Below the pieces are notes generated by a model. That model was not told the DNA's origin and searched no databases. It saw nothing but the letters and a program-made list of their open reading frames with translations. Both the position numbers and the translations under genes were made by a program. Positions 15,007 to 24,623 of a stretch of 64,000 nucleotides of DNA are shown one piece after another. Every line of letters starts with the position of its first letter. The stretch's first letter is position 1. Location of the stretch: the sequence record MK250027.1; one strand, 5' to 3'.

Positions 15007-15459
15007 TCATTTATCATCATTCATTATTAGAGTTGTTTTTCCTCTATCATCTTTTTTAATTCCCTAACATTCAATTATCTTATTCTTATAAAAACGTTCA
15101 TAAAAAAATACTTCTTCACACAAATCGTACAAGTCTGTATGTTTTGGCAATATTCCATTATCCAAAAGTACAATCTTGCTAATTTCCTTAATCTATTTAA
15201 ATTTAGACGAGATATTAAACAATAAATTTTCATCTAAATTTTTATTAATATAAATAATCCCCTGATATTTCTTTAATTTAGAAGCTTGCTAAATAGCGTT
15301 TAGAATTTCTGTATTAACGAAATATATATTTGACTATTTGTTTAGATCCAGTTTAAAACTATTTACGAACGACTATACATCAAGAATAAAAAAACTTTTA
15401 ATGTTAGTGAATAACATTCTTAGTTTATTTTCAGATTCAGTTGTTACGTATATATTCAT
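15007..15459 (-). CDS. Hypothetical protein (150 aa, 5 TAG), invisible in the standard code
   Basis: ATG 15459 to TGA 15007, open when TAG = Gln. It fills an otherwise empty 450-nt gap. Confidence 0.7.
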
Positions 15460-15513
15460 TAGAGTTATTAAATGGTTAGTTTTTAATTAAAATTACCAAA
15501 TATTTATTAACAA

Positions 15514-16632
15514 TTATTCAGTACTTTGATTTTTATTATCTGACAATGAAGTCTCATAATAATCAGTTAAACCTTTTGCTAACGCTTCCTTTAACATATT
15601 ATTATCAACTCTTCTTGATATACTGGTAACAAAATGTTCTGACATTCCATCAGGATATACATCCTTTATAGTCTTGTAAACTTCCTTAGGTGGAAGTTCA
15701 AGTTCAACATCAACACCAATGGTATATACTTTCTTCTTACTCTTATCAATCATATTAGTGATAAGAATATCTTCTGTATAATTTGGATCTTCATAAGGCG
15801 AAACTTTCTTTTCAGTTTTTACTGTAACCTCATTATTTAACCTTGAAATAAATTGTTCTATAGAAAGTTCTGTTGTCTTACCATTTGATATTACATTAAT
15901 CTTATCATATTCAGAATTTGAATTAATATTATCGAGATTAATTGTAATGCTTGCGTGTCGTACTGTTTCTATAACAGATGTTGTTATAGGTGAGTCTGCC
16001 TGAATTTTTCCTGTAGTTATAACTTGTTTTTCAACTGGTGCTGTAATTTCATTAACAATTTCTTTTTTATTTGCTGTAATTGTTGGTTCTGTTTTCTTTA
16101 CTACAGTACCAAATGTTACATTATCAGCAGATTTATTAACTGGTTTACCACCATTCAACAATTCAGGATGTAATGAAAGTAAATAATTTTCTTTATCTTC
16201 TACCTTCGGATTTTTCACAAAAGTAGGTGGAGTTGCATCTGTTCTTTTTCCTTCATTTCCTATTGTTCTTGATGTTGATTTGCCTTCACTATTAATTCCA
16301 ACACTTATATGTTCACCATTCATTCCAATACCAGGTTGAGGAACTTCATATGGATTACCATCTTTATCATAAACAGTTTTTGTCTCATTTAAATTAAACT
16401 CATATGTTTTAAAATCCCATTTATTAAGTGGAGATGATAATTCAGACATAACAAATTGCCCATTAAACGCGTCCATATTATTGACTTCCGCAATATAAGA
16501 TTCATCACATTTTGTTTGATCTTCAAACACATAAAGTGTTAACTCATCATCAGATATATCGTCGATATATTTAAGTTTTGTAATTTTACCAAGTGTATCA
16601 CCTGGTTGCATGTGCTAATAAAACTTTGCCAT
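15514..16632 (-). CDS. Hypothetical protein (372 aa, single TAG at codon 6)
   Basis: Track ORF 15514-16611 extended to the upstream ATG (MAKFYQHMQPG). Confidence 0.8.
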
Positions 16633-16641
16633 ATTTCCAAA

Positions 16642-16812
16642 TTAGTTTTCTTTTTCTTTTACATATCGTACCTTTACAGATATGACATTAATATTATTTT
16701 TTTCTAAATTATTTTCTTTATTTATATCGGTATGTTCATCCGGTATATTTTCATCTTTACTGGTAAATATACCGATGAACCAATACCAACATTTCTTAAT
16801 GAATTGAATCAT
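16642..16812 (-). CDS. Small hypothetical protein (56 aa)
   Basis: ATG 16812 to TAA 16642, directly upstream of the next gene. No homology recognised. Confidence 0.4.
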   Translation of the reverse strand: MIQFIKKCWYWFIGIFTSKDENIPDEHTDINKENNLEKNNINVISVKVRYVKEKEN

Positions 16813-17100
16813 GAAGTAAATTTATCCAATATTAGTTTTATCCTTATAATTAGATATTTAACTTAATAACATATATGAATTTTATAATATATGTGAAGTT
16901 AACCTAAGAAAACTATATATGATATATAGAAAGATAATTATCTAAATCTTATCTTTTTAAAGATATGAATTAATCTAAATTTTATATACATAATTTATAA
17001 ACTAAATTCTTCCGTCGACTTAATCCATAAATATTCAATATATATAAAACATAAATATTCATTTATTATATTGGATATTATATTATTAGTTTATTAATTA

Positions 17101-17496
17101 TCATTCACATGTATCACTGCTTCCTGTATTATCTTCACCTTCTAATTGTTCTGGTTTATTTGAAGTATTTTTCTTTGGTTGCTATACAATTTCTAATTTA
17201 CTCTTACCAAATGAACTTGTAATAGATTTAATACCCATAAGACCAGCTGATACAGTAAAATATGTAATTGTTCTATCTATAAATTCTAAAATATTTGCAC
17301 ATTCTCCAGGATTAATAAAATAATATCCAACGAGAATTACAAATAAAAATAAACATACGCATGATGCTATAAATCCTACTACTTTTGTTGAACTTGTCTT
17401 TCCGTTATTATTTGAAAAGATTTCAACTGGAGAGAATTTATGAGCATTAAACATTGGTATGCCATATACATTATTTGATGCAGTTTCCTTACTCAT
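17101..17496 (-). CDS. Two-TM membrane protein, holin candidate (131 aa, TAG at codon 105)
   Basis: Two hydrophobic segments (VVGFIASCVCLFLFVILVGYYF; TITYFTVSAGLMGI) and a hydrophilic tail after TAG read-through to TGA 17101. GATAAATA upstream at 17520-17527. The holin call is inference. Confidence 0.5.
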
Positions 17497-17519
17497 TATT
17501 TAATTGTTTTCATTTTAGT

Positions 17520-17538
17520 TATTTATCACTTATAAATA
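17520..17538. promoter_or_regulatory. Back-to-back T4-like late promoter motifs (GATAAATA on minus 17520-17527; TATAAATA on plus 17531-17538)
   Basis: Lies between divergent genes. TATAAATA is the established T4 gp55 late promoter. The motif is common by chance in AT-rich DNA. Confidence 0.5.
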
Positions 17539-17568
17539 TTATATGTAAAATTTTTATGTTAATAATAA

Positions 17569-18609
17569 ATGAAAAAATTTAGCTTTGATAAATCTATATA
17601 TAAATGTTTAAATGAATCTTTATTTGATGATACAGATGATATATTATCCAATGGAAATACAAATAGCATATCAGACTTATATATTGATGATGATTATCTA
17701 TTGGAAAAGTTTAATGAATTATATAGTAGCCAAAAATTAGGTAAATATAATTTATTAGAATATCCTGTATTTAGTAAAATAGAAACATATAATATTAATG
17801 GAACTGATTATAAATTTATAACCGAAGCATCTAAAAATGGCGGATATACAACAGGGTATCCAACAGGACTAAAATATTCTGGACTTTTCTGTTATTTTAT
17901 AACAACATAGGAATTAATGGATTTCATTAATACTTATAATATTATAATACAATATCCAGTGGATGATGGTAAATATGATATTTATAATTATATAACATAT
18001 ATATTAAATGATATAACAATACCACATAATTTTTTAAATAATTTCCATTTATATGAACATGAAAACGTATAGCAAAAATCATATTCAATAGGATTAATAT
18101 TAAATAATTGTAAAGTTATAGGGCATGAATTAATTTCTTTATTATAGTCGGGTAATCATAATTATTTAAATATCAAATATGTATTATTAAATAAATTACA
18201 TATTAATTCATTAAATTTACCAAATATGACATATGGTTATCCATTAGAAATAACAAATTGTAATTAGTTAACAGATTTAAATATAAATTATAATATTAAT
18301 AATTATACAGAAGGTTCATTATTAATAAAAAGTTGCAAAAAATTATCAAATATAGAAATTAATGATAATTCAAAAATGGTACAGCTATTGAAATTAAAAA
18401 TAGATAAATGTCCGAATATAAATACAGATACATTAATATTACCAAATCATAATACTAAAATGTATAACGCATAGTTGTTTAATGATAAGACAAAATAGAG
18501 AAAAATAAAATTCAGAGGCGATATAGTAAAACAATTTTATACAGAATTACATCCTGATTATAAATATAAATATTATCAATCCGGTTATAAAAATATGTAC
18601 TGGTTATAA
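17569..18609 (+). CDS. Leucine-rich-repeat-like protein (346 aa, 6 TAG) with LNESLFDD N-terminal motif
   Basis: Track ORF 17569-17910 reads through TAG to TAA 18609. Repeats LEITNCNQLTDL, LLIKSCKKLSNI and LKIDKCPNI. Confidence 0.75.
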
Positions 18610-18614
18610 AATAA

Positions 18615-18647
18615 AAGGTGAATAACAGATTTGTTGTTATTCACCTT
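18615..18647. terminator. Bidirectional terminator between convergent genes
   Basis: 13-bp inverted repeat AAGGTGAATAACA/TGTTATTCACCTT. Confidence 0.7.
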
Positions 18648-18653
18648 CATTTA

Positions 18654-18836
18654 TTAAAATAAGTTATTAATTCTGTTAACTATATTTTTCCGTATTTTAT
18701 AAAATATTTTATACATAGTCCAAACTTTTGGACGGAACAAATACAGGTAAAACTTATAAAGCTTCTTAATTTCTTTATAAGAGTATATATGAATTCCATC
18801 TGAATTCGTACTTAAAATATTAATAAACGTAAACAT
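18654..18836 (-). CDS. Small hypothetical protein (60 aa)
   Basis: Track ORF ending in TAA, between two terminators. Confidence 0.4.
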   Translation of the reverse strand: MFTFINILSTNSDGIHIYSYKEIKKLYKFYLYLFRPKVWTMYKIFYKIRKNIVNRINNLF

Positions 18837-18897
18837 AGTATTTAGAAAACTTATTTTAATTATTATATAATATTTATTGTAAAATGTCTAAAATAAA

Positions 18898-18930
18898 AAG
18901 AGAGACGATACATCACGTACAGTCTCTCTT
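18898..18930 (-). terminator. Intrinsic terminator downstream of the 735-aa acidic protein
   Basis: AAGAGAGAC/GTCTCTCTT inverted repeat with a T-run on the minus strand. Confidence 0.6.
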
Positions 18931-19044
18931 AAATCTAAATAATTTAGAAAAATGAAAACTAATTGAAAAACGAGCAAACGTTTTTTCTTAGTTTTTTTCT
19001 ATATCTATATATTTATCTAATTTTCAAAAATAATTTTTTACAAA

Positions 19045-21252
19045 TTAATTTCCACCGAATAACTTATCTAATTCTTCTTGTGACATTGCATCTACTGCAT
19101 CATCACCATTTGTAGATGGTTCATCGTCTTTCTTATCATCTGATTTATCTTCATCAGAATCTGAATCACTATCATCTGAAGAATCACTGTCATCTGTTGA
19201 ATCAGAATCGTCATCAACAATTTGTCCACCAATCATATCTTCAAATTCTTCTTTAGTAATACCATATTCGTTATTCAAAACATCTGCAAGATCATTTACA
19301 TAATCTGTATTTGTTAAAACAACTTTAACTGGTTTATCATCACCATCTGCATTATCATCTGTTGAATCATCTGCATTTGCATCATCAGAATCTGAATCAC
19401 TGTCGTCTGAATCATCTGCATTTGCGTCATCAGAAGAATCATCATTATTATCTTCAAGTAATTTCTTGAACTTATTATAATGTAAAGACTCATTTGAAGC
19501 ATTATCATCTGTATCAGAAGAATCATCTGAATTTTCATCATCAGTAGATGTATCATCTGCATTGTCATCTGTTGACTCACTATCATCTTTAGAATCATCA
19601 GTTTCATCATCTTCATCTTCAAACTCAATAGCATCATCTGGAACACCAGCATCTACAAGAGATTGCTTAAGCTCATCTGCTGCTGCTTGATTTGCAACTG
19701 TAATTACAACACGTGATAACTCAACTTCTTCATCTGTATCTGGATTTTCATCTGTAGATGAATCATCAGCTTTATCCGTTGAACTATCATCTGCATTATC
19801 AGCATCATCACTTGCATCATCTGAACCTGTTGGATCTACTGGTAATGGTTCCAATGGATTATCTTGTGTTTCTTCATCCTCATTCAACTTAAGACCTTTA
19901 GCTTTAATTAATTTCTTATATGTTAAACGGTATGTAAGTTCTTCATCAAGAATATTCATTAACTTTTCTTTATTAAGAATTGAATCACGAAGTTCTCTCT
20001 TTGTTGATTTAGAAGCAGACTCATTCAAAGACTTATAAGATTTCATAAGTTTTGTATGCTGTGCTTTAACAGTATTTAACAATTCAAGAAGTTCTTTTGC
20101 TGTATATTCTGTAATATTCTTACCATTAATAGTTTTCTTCTCATAAAGATTCTTCTTACCAGACTTCATTGCTTTACGAATGAACTCAAACTTCTCTGAA
20201 CCAATTGATTCCTTTAATGCAAGAAGTTCTCTTCTTTTCTGTTGAAGTTTTGCGTTTTTATTAACAGGTTCACTCTTAGCTTTATTAATTGCACGATTAA
20301 TAATAGATTCATTAAGTGTTGTTTTCTTTGCAGATTTTACAATATCCTTTGTGGTAAGTCCATTCTTTCTCATCTTCAATGCTTCAGAAAGATTTACAAG
20401 ACGTTTACCATTTCTTCTCTTTCCTGGACAACATCCTTTCTTTTTCTCAAGAAGCTTCTTTCTTTTTAAACGACGATCATTCTTTGATTCATAGCACTCA
20501 AACTCTTCATCTTCCATGCATTCATCAAATTCATCATCTGAATCATTCAAAGAATCTTCATCTGCAAATTCTTCATCTGCATCTTCATATGTCTCATCAT
20601 AAAGATCATCATCATCATCAAGTTCACCTTCTGCATCCATATCTGCATATGCATCATCTCTTGCATCCAATGCATCTGGATCATTAGGATCTACCTCATC
20701 ATAATCTGGAATCATATCATCATAATCATCTTCGTCATCAAGATAGTCATCATCAATAGACTCATCCATATCTACATAATCATCACCATATTCATCCTTC
20801 ATATCATCAATAGCTGTATCTCTTGCATCATCATCTTCTGGAATATCAAGCCATTCACCTTCATCATCAAGGCCATAGTCTTCATCCATATCTTGATAAT
20901 CATCACCATACTCATCTTCCATATCTGCTTCAGCTGCAGCACGTGCATCATCATCAGACTCTACATCGTCAAGTTCATCATCTGCGTCGTCATATGTAAA
21001 ATAAGTATCAACATCATCAATATTATATTCGTCTTCAAAAATATCAATAATATCATCTTGTGTAAGTCCGTCAATTACCATATATACGGTATCTCCATCC
21101 TCTTCCTTTGATACTGTAGCGTCTGCATTCGTATCTTCAATATGTGTAGCCAAATCATCCATATTACCTTGAAGTTCAGGATAATCATGAACAAGCTATA
21201 CAACATCAATCTTTACAGGAAATGCATAACTTTCATTAAGTTTTCTTTTCAT
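19045..21252 (-). CDS. Acidic 735-aa protein with many L-x-E sites; candidate prohead scaffold/core protein
   Basis: Track ORF 19045-21162 extended through one TAG (codon 19) to ATG 21252 (MKRKLNESY). D/E-rich flanks surround a basic central block. The GATAAATA leader (21284-21291) is nearly identical to the sheath gene leader. Confidence 0.8.
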
Positions 21253-21312
21253 ATTATATAAATAGAATTATTTTCTTTTTTATTATTTATCTTATTGAAA
21301 AATTACTATAAA

Positions 21313-21936
21313 TTAACTTAAATTAATTAATTTATTATAATATTCTTTCAATAATTGTTCACTTATTATATTATTACTCAACATATTGATATATGAAGTT
21401 TTAAATTCTTCATAATCTTTATGTTTTATATCATTTCTTATCACAGTTGATGAAACACATTCATTATTATATTCATCATCTCTATTTATATAATGAATTG
21501 GTTCTATATTTGCATTTATATATATAGTTTTAATACCTATATCTTTATTATAATATTTGCCATTAATTGAATAAAGATTACAAAATTCTTCTTTACGTTT
21601 TATATCTGTTCCTTTATCTGATGTAACTAAACAGAATTTATCATTGTTCAAAGAATTTCCAACATCATTATAACATTTTCTAATAGGTGCAGGATATTCA
21701 GATATATTCACTTTTATTTCTGTATTATATAAATCTGATAATTTATCTTTTATACTATTTAAAAACCAAAGACTAGAATCTGCTGTTATTGAATCTCTAT
21801 CTTTATATGAAATATAAATACGTGCTTCATCAATATGAACATTATCTGTATTAAAGATATGTGACCTTAATATAGATAAATGTCCATCATGAAATGGTTT
21901 AAAACCACCCGGAAATAATAATATATTTTTACTCAT
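21313..21936 (-). CDS. Cytidylyltransferase-like (HxGH) nucleotidyltransferase
   Basis: FPGGFKPFHDGH motif at the N-terminus and VSSTVIR at the C-terminus, typical of the Rossmann-like nucleotidyltransferase family. Confidence 0.75.
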   Translation of the reverse strand: MSKNILLFPGGFKPFHDGHLSILRSHIFNTDNVHIDEARIYISYKDRDSITADSSLWFLNSIKDKLSDLYNTEIKVNISEYPAPIRKCYNDVGNSLNNDKFCLVTSDKGTDIKRKEEFCNLYSINGKYYNKDIGIKTIYINANIEPIHYINRDDEYNNECVSSTVIRNDIKHKDYEEFKTSYINMLSNNIISEQLLKEYYNKLINLS

Positions 21937-21948
21937 TCATTTAATTTT

Positions 21949-24513
21949 TTAAATACCACGTTTACCAAATTTAGAAGTATCAATACCAATTAAATTCTTT
22001 AATGATATACCTCCTAATTTCTGCATTTCTGCAAAAGTCTTTAATATAAACTTGACATTTTGATTAAATACAACAAAAACAACATCTTTTCTTATTTTTG
22101 ATGGAATTAATTTAAGTTGTTCCCAACCTGTATCTTCACCATCTGTAAATACAATTATTGTTGTATGTTTCTCTCCATTATCGTAATAATATGGTTTCTT
22201 AAGTTTTGTAACACTTATAGTATTACCAGGAATATCTGTACCACCAGAACCACCACGATCTCCAAGAAGTTCAAGACGTTTCTTTATAGGTGTCTTAATA
22301 TTCCACATTGCTACATTTTCAGGAAGAATACGGCCTGTTGTAAAATATGCTCTGGCAGAATTCAATACCTTACATGTTTTCTCCATTGTACAAATTTCCT
22401 TGAATATCTGATAGAATATTCCATTTCCATTACCATACATAGAACCTGAATTATCTATAAGATAAAATATATTAGCCGCATTGTTTTCTTCAAATGGAAC
22501 TTTCTTATATGGATTGAATCTATCATCACGCCATGATTGTGACATTGTTCTTTTCGAACGTTTCATTTGTGTTCCCGCTTCCATTGCAGCTGTGAAATGT
22601 TTTCTTAACTTTTGTTTCCAGTTAGCCAATGATTGCATATTCTTTAATTTATCTGCAATATCATTAAGTTTGTTTGCTAAATCAGGAGAAATATTTCTTA
22701 ACTGATCCATGTGTTCTTCATTATACTTTCTTGATAATTCTTTAGGATCACATGTTAATTCTTCAGCTGTATAAGGATCACCAGATTCTTTTGCAATTTC
22801 TGCCATTTGTTCTTGTGACAACATATCAGCGCCACCGAAGGTAGAAGACGTAGTAGTATCAAATTCTTTACCTTCCAATTGTTTCTGAACTTCATCTTCA
22901 TTAGGTCCCGCTTGCATATCTCTATCGATTTTATTTTTCATATCATCAATAGCTTTCTTGACATCCTTACGCGCTTGTTCACGTGCAGCTTTTTCTTCTG
23001 CAGACATTTGTCCAGAATTTCTACCGGATTTTGAATTGCCAGTTGAACCTTGATCAGACATATCACCATTCATTGATGAACCATCATTATCAGACGAACT
23101 ATTACCAGATTGAGAATTACCTCGTTCATTTCCTTGTTCTCCTGATTGATTTCCATTACCAGTTTGTGAATCATTTTCTGAATTATCTCCTTCTTGATCA
23201 TCACCTGAACCATTACCATTCTGATTATCATCTGAATCTTCATCACCGTTACCAGAACCTTTACCCATTGCTTTATCTAATTCTTTCTTTACTTCATCAT
23301 TATAAGCATCTTGATATTCACTAGATTTATTTGTATTATCAGGCATTTGATCCATACCATAATCAGACATTGTATCTGGATCAGCTGCACTTAAATCTGT
23401 ATCATCATAATTTGATGAACCTCCTTGTTGACTACCGTCGTCAGATTGCTGTTGTCCAGATTGACCTGACTGATTTCCAGAATCACTTTGACTTCCAGAC
23501 TGACTGGATTGTTCACTCTGACCTTGTTGTCCTGATTGTGATTGACTTCCAGATTGTCCTTGTTGACCATCTTGCTGTCCGGATTGTCCACCTTGTCCTT
23601 GTTGCTGTTGTGAACTACCACTACCTTGACCTTGTTGTCCTTGCTGTTGTTGATTATTAACAGGATTTTGATTAATAGGTTGATTTGGTGTAGAAACCTT
23701 ATTATAGAAATAAGCATCAAAAATTAATTGCCATGGTTCCATTCGGAATCTATCATCAAATATACCATCACATTCTGCAGTTGCACCTGCAAAATATTTA
23801 GGAATTTGTTTTTCAAGATCTCTATTAATCTCTGCATCCATGGCAATATTTGCCAATTGATGATTCTTTCCTCCTTGTGTTTCTGTTTTTCTTTCAGCTT
23901 GTTCTCTATGCCTATATATTTGATGATATGCCTCATGACAAATAACATATAATACTAAACGTGCCATAGTAATAATTCTATCATTAGACGACATGCGTTT
24001 ACCTTGTGCAAGCATTTCCTTTACTTGTCCTTTTCCTTTATATAAAAGTTGTTCAGCAAATATAGGATTAAACGCAATACGGACACCATCACTGGCCGCA
24101 GTATCAATATTAAATGTCCATAGAATAGGTTTATTAAATCGTCCAAGAATTGGTCCTAATTCCCTTGTACTTGCAGCTTGCGTCTTTGCCATTTCGCAAA
24201 ATTGAGCAATCTCTGCAGGAACTATTTCCTCTTCTGTTTGAACACCGGTTATTGCATCAGTTATCTTCACTTTTACAGGAACACGCATTTTAGCAACAGG
24301 TATTGCCATACCCATATCTGCCATTGTTTTCCCTTTATATAACTTTCGTATATCAATACTCTTCTTTTTCATGAGTCTTCCCCATAATCCTTGAAGTTCT
24401 CGTTGTTTTTCTTCAGCAGTCTTCAACTTAATACCCATTGTTTGTTTAACAGTATTATTTGAATATGCTTCATATACTCGAGTTTTATTAGTTTTTAACT
24501 TTACTTTTACCAT
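21949..24513 (-). CDS. Metallopeptidase-like (HExxH) plus VWA domain protein (DUF2201-type MoxR partner), 854 aa
   Basis: CHEAYH motif, long Q/G/S/D linker, MIDAS residues DNSGS...GGTD...FTDG. No TAG in the ORF. Confidence 0.85.
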   Translation of the reverse strand: MVKVKLKTNKTRVYEAYSNNTVKQTMGIKLKTAEEKQRELQGLWGRLMKKKSIDIRKLYKGKTMADMGMAIPVAKMRVPVKVKITDAITGVQTEEEIVPAEIAQFCEMAKTQAASTRELGPILGRFNKPILWTFNIDTAASDGVRIAFNPIFAEQLLYKGKGQVKEMLAQGKRMSSNDRIITMARLVLYVICHEAYHQIYRHREQAERKTETQGGKNHQLANIAMDAEINRDLEKQIPKYFAGATAECDGIFDDRFRMEPWQLIFDAYFYNKVSTPNQPINQNPVNNQQQQGQQGQGSGSSQQQQGQGGQSGQQDGQQGQSGSQSQSGQQGQSEQSSQSGSQSDSGNQSGQSGQQQSDDGSQQGGSSNYDDTDLSAADPDTMSDYGMDQMPDNTNKSSEYQDAYNDEVKKELDKAMGKGSGNGDEDSDDNQNGNGSGDDQEGDNSENDSQTGNGNQSGEQGNERGNSQSGNSSSDNDGSSMNGDMSDQGSTGNSKSGRNSGQMSAEEKAAREQARKDVKKAIDDMKNKIDRDMQAGPNEDEVQKQLEGKEFDTTTSSTFGGADMLSQEQMAEIAKESGDPYTAEELTCDPKELSRKYNEEHMDQLRNISPDLANKLNDIADKLKNMQSLANWKQKLRKHFTAAMEAGTQMKRSKRTMSQSWRDDRFNPYKKVPFEENNAANIFYLIDNSGSMYGNGNGIFYQIFKEICTMEKTCKVLNSARAYFTTGRILPENVAMWNIKTPIKKRLELLGDRGGSGGTDIPGNTISVTKLKKPYYYDNGEKHTTIIVFTDGEDTGWEQLKLIPSKIRKDVVFVVFNQNVKFILKTFAEMQKLGGISLKNLIGIDTSKFGKRGI

Positions 24514-24623
24514 ATTAAAATACGTTAAAAATTCTTTTTATTATTTATTGTAAAAAGAAAAGAGTGAATATAATTCTAATAAATTATACTCACTCTCTTT
24601 ATATATTGTTTATTTATCTAATA

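Noticed and set aside
16820-17095. About 280 nt of AT-rich intergenic DNA with short ATCTAAAT repeats as a possible origin or ncRNA
   Set aside because: No convincing structure, periodicity or ORF beyond what the base composition predicts.
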